Shown here: positions 42,835-52,150 of the stretch, piece by piece
Position numbering within the stretch: position 1 is the stretch's first letter
How the letters are laid out: each line of letters opens with the position of its first letter
IMG/VR virus record: IMGVR_UViG_3300027985_000843
Coordinates: 62,001-126,000 of that record
Strand: one strand, 5' to 3'
Length of the DNA: 64,000 nt
Made by a program: the position numbers and the translations under genes
The notes under the pieces: model-generated
Told to the model about the DNA's origin: nothing
Database searches by the model: none
The model's input: only the letters and a program-made list of their open reading frames with translations

Positions 42835-44832
42835 TCACCACTCTCCCACCTTGGTCATGTAGATGTAGTTTGAAGGTCCAGCCACAATCCCCTTCCAGAT
42901 CGTTTCCGACCCGATGCCAGCGTTGGGGAGTGCATCCCCTGCTGTCTGGAACTGGAAATTGGCATCCCACGTGATGACTGCGCCGCCACTGACGTTGTTG
43001 ACGCAGACCGTGAGTGTGTCGCCGGCTGCCCTGACGTGGGTGATGTAGTCGGTATCGATGTTGATGACCATCGTGACGCCGTCGCTGATGCGGGCGTCCA
43101 CGACCGACCCGTCAATGCTCGGGTGCCAGGTCAAGGTACGATCCGGAACAGCAGTGGCCGAGCCGATGATGAAGAACGTTGTCTGTCGAGCAAGCAACGT
43201 GCACTCGATCGAACCGTCTCCCCGCAAACCACCGCGAGCTTCCATAAGGTGGGTGCGCGGGTTATGCCCTCCGAAGACCAGGGCGTATGGCTTGAAGCCC
43301 GTAGCAGCGATCTCAGCCCGCGTTCGGGCTCGGGCGTAGAAAGCAAAATGCCCGGGGTCAACCTCATCAGACCCTGTGACAGTCGGATCGTCAGTCAACG
43401 TCGGCGTGACGGCATTGTAGCCGTACCCAAGCAGCACCGGGTCGGTGTGTGTGTCGATCTTGGCCCGAAGTGCTTGTGTGCCGACACCCGAGAAGTGTCG
43501 CGTCTTGATGAACCGGAACGTGACTCCCGTGGTGGCTGCACCCGAAGGGAACTCAGGGCTGTCACCCGCGATGGTCCTGACCAACGCCCTTCGTTGGTCC
43601 TCGGCCGGAACAGGGCTGGCAGCGTGAGGCCCGCCAAAGAGCGTCGTAATGACGTACGCCTGCTTTTCGCCGCCGGGCAGGGTCACTTCGATCATGTCGG
43701 AGCCAACCGCAACCTCTGACAGATCGTCACCCGAGGTACTCTCCCAGAAGTAGTCCCCGGTTGCCAAACGAATGGTTCGACGATCGTCCGCCGTTGCTCC
43801 CGCATCCGGGTTCAGGGCGGTCCCTGTAGAGTTCGCAGCCCCTACACGTGTTTTGACGTTGCCTGCCCCGATGGTCGAAGCCACCAGGTCGCGCTCGATG
43901 ACGTCCATCCGGCTTGCGAAGCTCAAGGAGTAGGCATTCGTTCGTTGCGACACCGAAACGGTGTTTCTTTGCTGAAGAACTCCCACGAAGCCCGTGCCGC
44001 CGTCGTAGTTCGCCAAGGACGAGGTCCCGATAACAGACGGGCCCGCAGTGACCAAGAAGTTGGCCCAGTACGGATCCGGCTGAGGGCTGCTGTAGTTGTA
44101 GGCGTTCGCAGTGGCCTGCACTGTGACTGCCTGGCCTGTCCGTTGGATGAGGCCACCGTCGCCGGCACTGTTCAGGGTCGGGGATCCTGCAACAGACGTG
44201 GACCGATTGTATCGCTCCTGGAGGCCGGACAGAGCTGCCTCAGACAATGTGGTGGTTGGCGTAGCGTCCCACGCGACCAGCACGTTGCTCAGCATGGCCT
44301 GGAAGCGTTGCTCATAGATGGGCTGCTCCGGCACGAAGCGTCTTGCCGTAGCCAGGGCGCCGGTTGTGAAAGCCCCGAGCGTAGTCCTCTTCGAGAACTT
44401 GAACCGATACTGGGTCGAGGCAGGAATGGGGGCACTCAGGTTGAACGTGATGACGCTCGAAGTGAAGGCACCGGTGCCAATCGTAGCCCCTGTGATACCC
44501 GTGATGTAGATGGGGAGGTTGTTCGTGCCCGTGACCCGGCTGTCGGTGATGGTGTCGACAAGATCGAAAACATCGCCCACATGTTCGCCGGTGTAGCCCA
44601 ACCAGAAGGGGCCGTAGACGCTCGCATCCACCGCGAACGAGGTGTCTGTCAAAGAGAGGTTGACGTCCATTTCTGTCGGGACGGCGATCTCCTGGTTGAG
44701 AGATGCGAGAAACGTGGCAAGCATTGCCTCCGTCCCCGCGCTCGTCTGGAAGTCCGATGCCGCAGAGGCCACATTAGGGTGCAGCTTGCCTGCACCGACC
44801 TGCACGAGAGACAGAGCCTTTGAAGACGGCAT
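42835..44832 (-). CDS. Putative tail fibre/structural protein
   Basis: ATG 44832 in TGATG overlap; T/G/A-rich, fibre-like C-terminus. Confidence 0.65.
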   Translation of the reverse strand: MPSSKALSLVQVGAGKLHPNVASAASDFQTSAGTEAMLATFLASLNQEIAVPTEMDVNLSLTDTSFAVDASVYGPFWLGYTGEHVGDVFDLVDTITDSRVTGTNNLPIYITGITGATIGTGAFTSSVITFNLSAPIPASTQYRFKFSKRTTLGAFTTGALATARRFVPEQPIYEQRFQAMLSNVLVAWDATPTTTLSEAALSGLQERYNRSTSVAGSPTLNSAGDGGLIQRTGQAVTVQATANAYNYSSPQPDPYWANFLVTAGPSVIGTSSLANYDGGTGFVGVLQQRNTVSVSQRTNAYSLSFASRMDVIERDLVASTIGAGNVKTRVGAANSTGTALNPDAGATADDRRTIRLATGDYFWESTSGDDLSEVAVGSDMIEVTLPGGEKQAYVITTLFGGPHAASPVPAEDQRRALVRTIAGDSPEFPSGAATTGVTFRFIKTRHFSGVGTQALRAKIDTHTDPVLLGYGYNAVTPTLTDDPTVTGSDEVDPGHFAFYARARTRAEIAATGFKPYALVFGGHNPRTHLMEARGGLRGDGSIECTLLARQTTFFIIGSATAVPDRTLTWHPSIDGSVVDARISDGVTMVINIDTDYITHVRAAGDTLTVCVNNVSGGAVITWDANFQFQTAGDALPNAGIGSETIWKGIVAGPSNYIYMTKVGEW

Positions 44833-47396
44833 CAGCTTCTCCTGTTGTTGAGCAAGTTGCCCTTGAGCCGGTACACGCTGGCACACGTCTCATTGTTGGC
44901 AAGGTCACCCGCAATGAACCCGACCGAGTTACGGTCGTCGAATCTGGCCCATCGGGAGATGAGCACCAGAACCAGCTCTCCCTTCGGACCGAAAGACGTG
45001 TCGCTCGACAACTCGGCCAAGAGGGGTTGAATCACCTTGTGCTTCTTGGGGTCAGACAAGGGTTGGGCGTACGAGTTCGGGCTGTACTCGGTGGTGGGCA
45101 CGTCGTTGAAGTACGCTCGCCCCTCGATGTCCACGTCGCCGCCAAGCCGCGAGAAGGTCAGCTTGTCCGGTGCCGGAACCATAGGGATCAAGGTCTCCAG
45201 CTGCACGAAGCCTGTGTTCGCGTCGAAGTTCGATACGTAGATCGAGCTTGCCCCGTCCAGCTCATGGTCTCCTGAGAACGTGCCACCCGAAGTCGGATAG
45301 ACGGCCGCCGCGAGGTACTGGTAGGGGAAGGGGTATGCCTCGATCTGCGCTCCGCTACCAGCGGTCAGGGTGTAGAGATAAGGGGCGATGTACCTCGGGA
45401 TGACCGTGAGGCTTGTGCCGAGAAAACTGTCAGGCACCGTCATGGGGGCCCGGGCCTCGTAGTAGACGGTCACCTGCTCCCCGTTCTGCGGGTAGGGCCG
45501 GGCCGCTCGGTACTCCACAAGGATAGTGTCTCCAGGAGCTGAGCCGAAGGCTGCCGAAGCACCGTCTGTGAGGACGAAGCCCGACGCGTCAATGGTCACG
45601 GCGCCGCCGTAAGGCGTGCCATTGACCTTGACGTTGTCCAGAGAGGCCACCCGGTCTGGCAGGACGATGCGGTTTTGCGAACCATCCGACAGGAACGTGA
45701 ACGTCACCTGCGTGGTTCGATAGACCAGCTCCATCTCGCGGTTCGCCCAGTACAGGTTCGCGTATTCATCCGAAGCGTAGTCTGCTGGCAAGCTTCCCGG
45801 ATTGTTGACGCTGAATGAAGACGCTCCGTAGTCCGCCGTCGGCGTCTTGGTGAGACCCTGACCGGCGGGGTACGCGATCTCCACGTACAGGTACAGGGTC
45901 TCGTTCGTCACACCGGCGGGCACCGTGCCGATGTCCAGAGAGATGCTCCCTTGAGGCAGGGCCCCCAAGCCTGTGGCGGCGTAGTTGCCGATGTCCTCTT
46001 GGCCCACAGACCCCGAGAACTTGCCCTGGACGATGTCCAAGATACTCACGTCGGAGGGTGCCCTGCTCGCCCAGTTGTAGGCCGCGTAGGGGTAAACCGG
46101 AAGGGCCGACGGGTCGATTGTGACGACCTCGTTGTTCACCCACGTGGCGCCAGCCGGGGTGAAGGCAAGGCACACAATCTCGTGAATGACGCGGTCCGAG
46201 AACCGTCGTCGGACCCCGTCGAACTGACCGATGAACTCGGCTCCGGGAGTATCGCCCGTCGTTGTACCGTCACCAGGGAGCACGCCCACTTCGTCAGCCC
46301 ACAAAACGGTGTTGCCATCCATTCCGCCGCCGATGAGGGTTCTCGTGAGTTCGGTCCTCAAGGCGTTGTCGAAGAGGAAATGAGTGTTCTTCTCAGTGAC
46401 TTCCCTGTAGTTCCAACCTTCGGGGGCAACACCCGTCCGAAGGTCGATGATGTCTCTTGCGTCGACGATGTCGTAGAAGAGGCCGTCAGGGCGGTCTGAG
46501 GGGCCAGGAGAGGCAACCCCGCCGTTGTGGTTAGAGTTGCGATCGAACGCTGCCGTGTTCCGCCGCACCACCGCCATCAGGGGGAGGGCATACATGTAGC
46601 CATCGACCGTGCCGAGGGTGTTCGTGGGAACGCCGTCGCCCGCACGCCATAGGCCGGGGTCGCCGGCTGCTGACTGAGAGGTGTAGGGGAACAGAGTCGC
46701 CACGCCATCCGGAGCGGCCGCCGCTGCCGGGACCGAGTTGGCGACCACAGAAGGGTCGTTCATGCCGTAGGGGTAGGCAAACAGGTCGACGCCCTGAATG
46801 ACCCGAAGGCGATACTGGATCTGGACCCTCTTCGTAGACTCGGCACCCAAAGAAGCATCGAGGATGTCGTCAGCGAAGTTGAGGGTCACGTCGTCGCCCC
46901 CAGAGATCTTGACATTACCAAACCACCAGATGCGGCCGGCTGGGCTCTTGCCATCCGTGGAAGGCGAGGGCGAAAGAAGTCGCCGCCACACCTCAAGAAC
47001 CACCAGGTCCACCCTCTTGGCGCCAGCCCCTGCGGGCCCCGCTCCGAGGTCGAGGCTGTTCTTCGTCCCACCCGCCGCATTGGTGTAGCCAACTCGAATC
47101 AGCCACCCGTTGACGGTAGCGTACAGGTCCTGAGGGATTTCCAGGTCGTCAGCGGTAGCACTCGCTGCGAAGATCGCCGAAGTCATGTTCGACGTGTTGA
47201 GGAAGTCGTCCGATAGCCAACCCGAAGCAAAGGATCGTTTGCCGAGTCGGCGCAGCTCATTCTGGGAAACATCCTGGGCAAGGTTCAGTTCCTTGTCCAG
47301 GACCGGCTTCGACGCCTGGTAGACACCCGTTTCCCAATTGCGGCCCTCGGGATCCAAGTACCCGCTGACGCCCGCTCCGTAATTCTTGGTGGTCAT
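44832..47396 (-). CDS. Virion structural protein, paralogue of 37874..42178
   Basis: Shared motifs QxxKPxLDxExN, LEVW, RVQxQYRxRV, GLWRAGDG, LGTVDGYxYAxPL, RPDxL, DIxDLR. Confidence 0.75.
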   Translation of the reverse strand: MTTKNYGAGVSGYLDPEGRNWETGVYQASKPVLDKELNLAQDVSQNELRRLGKRSFASGWLSDDFLNTSNMTSAIFAASATADDLEIPQDLYATVNGWLIRVGYTNAAGGTKNSLDLGAGPAGAGAKRVDLVVLEVWRRLLSPSPSTDGKSPAGRIWWFGNVKISGGDDVTLNFADDILDASLGAESTKRVQIQYRLRVIQGVDLFAYPYGMNDPSVVANSVPAAAAAPDGVATLFPYTSQSAAGDPGLWRAGDGVPTNTLGTVDGYMYALPLMAVVRRNTAAFDRNSNHNGGVASPGPSDRPDGLFYDIVDARDIIDLRTGVAPEGWNYREVTEKNTHFLFDNALRTELTRTLIGGGMDGNTVLWADEVGVLPGDGTTTGDTPGAEFIGQFDGVRRRFSDRVIHEIVCLAFTPAGATWVNNEVVTIDPSALPVYPYAAYNWASRAPSDVSILDIVQGKFSGSVGQEDIGNYAATGLGALPQGSISLDIGTVPAGVTNETLYLYVEIAYPAGQGLTKTPTADYGASSFSVNNPGSLPADYASDEYANLYWANREMELVYRTTQVTFTFLSDGSQNRIVLPDRVASLDNVKVNGTPYGGAVTIDASGFVLTDGASAAFGSAPGDTILVEYRAARPYPQNGEQVTVYYEARAPMTVPDSFLGTSLTVIPRYIAPYLYTLTAGSGAQIEAYPFPYQYLAAAVYPTSGGTFSGDHELDGASSIYVSNFDANTGFVQLETLIPMVPAPDKLTFSRLGGDVDIEGRAYFNDVPTTEYSPNSYAQPLSDPKKHKVIQPLLAELSSDTSFGPKGELVLVLISRWARFDDRNSVGFIAGDLANNETCASVYRLKGNLLNNRRS

Positions 47397-47404
47397 GCTC
47401 TACC

Positions 47405-48052
47405 TCAGAACGTCAGTCTCCAGGTGATCTCAAGCGTGCTCGTTGCCGGCTTGTTGATCACCGCGAAGGTCAGGTAGTTGATGAGCGTTTCGTAGCTCGT
47501 CAAATCCACCGTCGGGTCATATGTCCCGTTGGGCGGCGACACGGGGTTCTTCACAGCGAGGTTGGTGTCGATGTTGCCACCAACGAGCCCCATCTCGACC
47601 AGGGGACCCACAGCTTCAGACTCAGTGAAGATGGTGGTGAAATCGACGATGTTGGTGGGGTAGGCTACCGGTAACGCACTCCCGTCGATGAACTGGGTCG
47701 TGGAGAAGGTCTTGCGGGTGACCTCGGAATACAGGGCCCGCTGGGTGATGGTGGGCGCGGGAGGGCTCATGGGGTCCCATCCGGAATCCCCTGTGCCCAC
47801 CGCCAAAACGTAAGCCCCCTTTGGGGGCTCGGCGTTGTCCTTGACCAACCTGGCGATGAGAATCGACGCGTCGGAGACGACCAGGTTTCGCTTCACCTGT
47901 TCGAGCTGAAGCTCCCCCGTCTTGCCATCCCTCATTCGGAAGAAGACATCGCCTCGGATTTTGATCCGAGCATCCTCTTCGTGCCGGTTGTTCAGCGCTG
48001 ACTTGAAAGTGCTTCCGGCAGCCCGGAAAGCCTCAAGAATCCTCATGTTCAT
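47405..48052 (-). CDS. Baseplate/tail-fibre attachment-type protein
   Basis: NLVV...LAVGTG...AL..E..RK...EAVGPL.EMGL...LEITWRLTF pattern typical of tail-fibre N-terminal domains. Confidence 0.65.
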   Translation of the reverse strand: MNMRILEAFRAAGSTFKSALNNRHEEDARIKIRGDVFFRMRDGKTGELQLEQVKRNLVVSDASILIARLVKDNAEPPKGAYVLAVGTGDSGWDPMSPPAPTITQRALYSEVTRKTFSTTQFIDGSALPVAYPTNIVDFTTIFTESEAVGPLVEMGLVGGNIDTNLAVKNPVSPPNGTYDPTVDLTSYETLINYLTFAVINKPATSTLEITWRLTF

Positions 48053-48080
48053 CTCCTCTTGGCTTCACCGAATGTGCAAG

Positions 48081-48093
48081 CATAAGAGGATTA
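48081..48093 (-). promoter_or_regulatory. Class B motif TAATCCTCTTATG
   Basis: Intergenic, upstream of structural gene ATG 48052. Confidence 0.5.
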
Positions 48094-48096
48094 GGG

Positions 48097-49332
48097 TCAG
48101 GGCTGGAGGCTGATGTTGGTTGTGGTTCCGGCTGGGACAGGGGTCAGGTTGTCGGCTGTGGAGAACGGCGTGCCGACGCCATCGTACAAGGTCCACGTGC
48201 TCACATTGAGAAGCGACACGCGGCTCTGATCGAAGGTCTCTTGGAGAATAGCATCTGCCGGGCCATCGACAGGAGCTGCGACGGTGTCCTCTCGAAGGTC
48301 GGACAGGTTGACCTGAGCGAGCCCCAGACGATCAGCCGTGGCCCACAAGACGTTGTTTCCGAGGGTCGCCGAATAAGTCTGGTTCGGGCCCCACGTCATC
48401 AAGGGCTCAGGGTCCGGCAAAGAGGGCATCGTGTAGGTGTCGTAGGCCCTCGTGCAGCACGATACCGAGTCCACCTGGATGGTCGAGTTGGCAATGGCAG
48501 CTTCGAGGGCTGGCGAGAAGAAGATCTGTCCAAGGGGCTGGCCCAGAAGTCCGCCGGACACTTCTCCTGAGAAGTTCGAGATGTCGATGGAGATAGGGAT
48601 GCCCCTCATCGGGGTTTGCATCTCGCCCCACTGGAACATGTCGTAGGTGGGGTTCAGGTTCAGGCCGCCCACCGTCTTGACGCCCGGGTTCGTGATCTGA
48701 ACCACGTAGTAGCCGCCGGGGACCATCTCGGAGTCCAGCTCCAACGTCACTCGTTGGGCAGGGGTTGGCCCATAGATCGTTGCCGACGTGACAGTGATGG
48801 GGGTCAGGTTGAGATCCGTGACCTGGTAGCTGCCCGCACTCACGATTGCCGCGTTCTGCTCCATCTCTGTCGAGAACACGAGCTGGATCTTGGTCCTGCT
48901 CTGAGCTGAGGCGAAGAAGACGGGAGCTGTACCAAACCCTGCGAAGATGGCCGTTCGATGGGCTGGATCAAGAGTGTCTCCCACAGAAGACCGTGCATCG
49001 GCCACCGTGAGGGTGTAGATCGGTTGCGTCAGCTGGTCGGTCGTGAGCCAGACCGTGGAAGAGGTTGGACCGATAGCTACCGACGAGATGCCCAGGATCG
49101 GAACCGTACTGTAGTTTGCCGTATTCAGTACGGGGGCGTAGCCAAAGTCCAGGGCCTGGCCGAACTCCACCTGAACAAGGAAGGGGCTCAAGGCGGTCGC
49201 GCTCACGACTCGGAGGGGGAGCGTGAGAGCAACCGCTTCAGAGACGCCCACCGTCTCCGGAATTTCTACCGGACCGCTGAGACCTGTGGCCCAAGGGCTC
49301 GTTCCGTACGGGTATATACCCCAACCAGGCAT
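48097..49332 (-). CDS. Structural protein with Ig-like repeats
   Basis: Two V.F......A.....NY.......I.S...V.L......Y.L.V repeats. Confidence 0.65.
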   Translation of the reverse strand: MPGWGIYPYGTSPWATGLSGPVEIPETVGVSEAVALTLPLRVVSATALSPFLVQVEFGQALDFGYAPVLNTANYSTVPILGISSVAIGPTSSTVWLTTDQLTQPIYTLTVADARSSVGDTLDPAHRTAIFAGFGTAPVFFASAQSRTKIQLVFSTEMEQNAAIVSAGSYQVTDLNLTPITVTSATIYGPTPAQRVTLELDSEMVPGGYYVVQITNPGVKTVGGLNLNPTYDMFQWGEMQTPMRGIPISIDISNFSGEVSGGLLGQPLGQIFFSPALEAAIANSTIQVDSVSCCTRAYDTYTMPSLPDPEPLMTWGPNQTYSATLGNNVLWATADRLGLAQVNLSDLREDTVAAPVDGPADAILQETFDQSRVSLLNVSTWTLYDGVGTPFSTADNLTPVPAGTTTNISLQP

Positions 49333-49349
49333 GTTCTGCTCCTACGTGG

Positions 49350-49673
49350 TCAGACTTGATGTGCTCCCGAGAAGAAGGGCAGCGCCCTGAGCTTCGTGTA
49401 GAGAGCGGCTCGGAGGTCCCCTGTCACCAAGGCTTCCTTGAACTCCTCCCCTGACAGCTGCAAGGCATCTTCTACGGCCCGAGCCATCTGAGGCGTCATG
49501 AAATCGTGAAGGTGAAGGGGGTTCTTGCCGTTTCGCCTGGTTTTGTCATTGGCCCAGACCATGAGCATCCCCTTCGCAGTACCTCCCTCGAAGTCCACGA
49601 TGATCTGGGGCATCACACGCCAATAGTTGCCTGTGACCCCCATGCTGTTTTCGACGATTTTCCACAGTGCCAT
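49350..49673 (-). CDS. Small tail-fibre assembly/chaperone-like protein
   Basis: GGAGG SD; position after the fibre genes; YWR...W.....R..GK pattern. Confidence 0.5.
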   Translation of the reverse strand: MALWKIVENSMGVTGNYWRVMPQIIVDFEGGTAKGMLMVWANDKTRRNGKNPLHLHDFMTPQMARAVEDALQLSGEEFKEALVTGDLRAALYTKLRALPFFSGAHQV

Positions 49674-49674
49674 G

Positions 49675-49974
49675 CTATTCCTCCGAGATTCCGATCAGGG
49701 TCACATTGGTCACAGGATCCCCACTTGGAGGATTGGTGTCGGGAGACCCAGCGGATGTCCAGATCTCCCAGTCTCCCGTGACCGTATTCCATGCTCGCAT
49801 GCGGTACCGATATTGCGCTCCGATGGGCACGGGGTAAAACTTCCAGTCTGCTGGCTTGCCCCTGTGAACCGAGCCGCCAAACATTTCTCTAGGCACAACA
49901 GTCGCCGCCCGCCCAAGATAGGCCGTCGAACTGTTGGGATCCAGAGGAATAATTTGTGCGTCGTAGCTAGCCAT
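49675..49974 (-). CDS. Small protein, duplicate B (paralogue of 50945..51190)
   Basis: WKFYPVPIGAQYRYRMRAWNTV..DWEIWTS.GSP...PPSGDPVTNVTLIG..EE shared. Confidence 0.8.
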   Translation of the reverse strand: MASYDAQIIPLDPNSSTAYLGRAATVVPREMFGGSVHRGKPADWKFYPVPIGAQYRYRMRAWNTVTGDWEIWTSAGSPDTNPPSGDPVTNVTLIGISEE

Positions 49975-50945
49975 CAGGCAATCTCCGGAACGGAACCATC
50001 CCAGGGGAAGATCAGGTGCCCGAACTGCGCGAACTGATTGGTGGCGTCACCGGGGTAGGTGCTTCCAGTAGCGAGGGACGTGCTCCCCCACCAGAGGTCA
50101 TACATGGAAGCCTTGCGGCCACGATGTGCCCCGGTACTGCTGAACAGCCCGATGGGCATCACAGGCCATTCCCCTGTGTCATCGTCCGGCCAAGCCATGT
50201 ACTCCCCGACCATGGCAGAGGAGTACCCCTCACAGGTCATGTAGCACGCGAAGACGTCTGAACTTATGCCGGTGTAGATCTTGGCGGCGTCGTTCCAGTA
50301 CACGAAGGTCGCCATGTTGGTCGCGTCGCTGGTCTGGACTCCTCCAACAGGAAGAGTAAAGCCAGTGATCGGGGTGGCTGGCATACCCAGAAGGCCAATC
50401 CACGTAGGAACATTAGCCTTGCAAACGATGAAGTAGGTGACTTCACCGTCTGTGCTGTGCATCACGTGAACCTTGTAGGTCTCTGCCGAGTTGGCGGACC
50501 AGCCTCCGCCATTGACCAAAACGACCTGGTCCCCCGCCGTAGGCGGGGTGTCTGCGGTACCGTCAGTGCCCGTCCCCCCACTGCCCGGGGCTCCAAATGC
50601 GCCAGAAGGCGATAAGGTGATGGTTCCATAGACTGGAAAGGATGCGTTGGAGAAGTCAAACAGGATCTGCTGCCCTGTGACGGGATTCTTTGCCACCAGC
50701 CAAGAACTCCCCAGGGTGATGTTGCTAGGGTCATTCAACCAACGATCCGTGGCATCGTTGTTTCCGAAGCCGCCTCCGCCGCCAGCACCGCTCGACCCCC
50801 ACGGAACCCATGGATTCGAACCAAAGCTGAACAAGGAGTTCATCACAGCGAGCGGAGGGGTTCTGGGACTCAGCGACGCGCTGCTGTTGTAGACAGTCTG
50901 GTTGACATTGAACTGCCAGCTTTTGACAACTACAGGAAGGGCCAT
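49974..50945 (-). CDS. Putative receptor-binding/structural protein, duplicate A (paralogue of 51190..52149)
   Basis: MALP..VK.WQ..VNQ start and DDDTGEWP...HRGRK.S.YDLWWGST end shared. Confidence 0.75.
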   Translation of the reverse strand: MALPVVVKSWQFNVNQTVYNSSASLSPRTPPLAVMNSLFSFGSNPWVPWGSSGAGGGGGFGNNDATDRWLNDPSNITLGSSWLVAKNPVTGQQILFDFSNASFPVYGTITLSPSGAFGAPGSGGTGTDGTADTPPTAGDQVVLVNGGGWSANSAETYKVHVMHSTDGEVTYFIVCKANVPTWIGLLGMPATPITGFTLPVGGVQTSDATNMATFVYWNDAAKIYTGISSDVFACYMTCEGYSSAMVGEYMAWPDDDTGEWPVMPIGLFSSTGAHRGRKASMYDLWWGSTSLATGSTYPGDATNQFAQFGHLIFPWDGSVPEIA

Positions 50946-51190
50946 TACTCCTCCGTGACTCCGATCAGGGTTACGTTAGTTACAGGGTCTCCGCTGGGAG
51001 GGATGAGGTTAGGGGACCCCGTCGAAGTCCAAATCTCCCAGTCATTCAGCACGGTGTTCCAGGCCCGCATCCGGTAGCGGTATTGCGGCCCAAGAGGCAC
51101 AGGATAGAACTTCCAATTACCCTTCTGAACCAGAATGATCTTCCCGCTGTAGAAGCCTAGAGGAATATACTGTCCGTCAGCTGTAGCCAT
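50945..51190 (-). CDS. Small protein, duplicate B'
   Basis: ATG 51190 in TGATG overlap. Confidence 0.8.
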   Translation of the reverse strand: MATADGQYIPLGFYSGKIILVQKGNWKFYPVPLGPQYRYRMRAWNTVLNDWEIWTSTGSPNLIPPSGDPVTNVTLIGVTEE

Positions 51191-52149
51191 CAGGACACCT
51201 CCGGTGCAACCCCGTTCCACGGAAAGATCACGTGGCCTAGCTGCACGAACTGGTATGTCAGGTCGTCCGGAAAAGCCGTGCCCACGGCAACAGCCGTGCT
51301 CCCCCACCATAGGTCGTAGACAGAACCTTTGCGCCCACGGTGGGATCCCGTGGTGGAAAGAAGCCCCATAGGCATGATGGGCCATTCCCCAGTATCATCA
51401 TCCTGAGAGGTCAGCCATTCCCCAACCATCTGGCTGGTAGCTCCCTCACAGGTAACGTACATGCCGATGTTGTCTGACCCTATTCTAGTGATCATCGGGG
51501 CGACATCGTTCAGAGCGGCATACGTGGTAGCACTGGAAGATCCATTCCCAGTGCACACGGCCATAGGCGTGGTCCACGGAGTGATGGGATTACTTGGAGC
51601 GTCAAACAACCACAGAAGGCCACATATGCTGCTGGTTGTCGTGACGACCCTGGTGCACTCTCCGTCGGAAGAGTGCATTACGTGCAACTTGAAAGTGAGG
51701 GTGGTACTGTGTGTGAAGGCCCCGTTGAACGCGGTCCACTGGTCCGCAGCCGTCGGAGGGGTTGCAGCAGCGCCATCCGTGCCAGTGCCTCCAGAAGCCG
51801 GAGCCCCGAATCCCCCAAGAGGGGAAACGAAGATTCGTACGTACCCTGTACCTGTGCCGTTGTACATGTAGAAGCAGACCTGCATCCCCGTGACCAGGTT
51901 CTCCAGCACGATCCATCTGTTGCCAGAACCGATGTCCGCTGTTGTGGTCCACCGGTCTACGCCGTCGTTGTTCCCGAACAACCCGGACTCGTTGCTGGAC
52001 CCCCACGGAACCCAGGGATTGGACGCGAACCCCACCATGCTGTTCTTGATGGCAAGAATCGTGACACGACCATTTTCATTCCAATTGGCCGCAGAGATCA
52101 GTTGATTGACGGCATATTGCCAAGTCTTCACTTTCGGAGGTAAAGCCAT
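51190..52149 (-). CDS. Putative receptor-binding/structural protein, duplicate A'
   Basis: Start reassigned to ATG 52149. Confidence 0.75.
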   Translation of the reverse strand: MALPPKVKTWQYAVNQLISAANWNENGRVTILAIKNSMVGFASNPWVPWGSSNESGLFGNNDGVDRWTTTADIGSGNRWIVLENLVTGMQVCFYMYNGTGTGYVRIFVSPLGGFGAPASGGTGTDGAAATPPTAADQWTAFNGAFTHSTTLTFKLHVMHSSDGECTRVVTTTSSICGLLWLFDAPSNPITPWTTPMAVCTGNGSSSATTYAALNDVAPMITRIGSDNIGMYVTCEGATSQMVGEWLTSQDDDTGEWPIMPMGLLSTTGSHRGRKGSVYDLWWGSTAVAVGTAFPDDLTYQFVQLGHVIFPWNGVAPEVS

Positions 52150-52150
52150 A

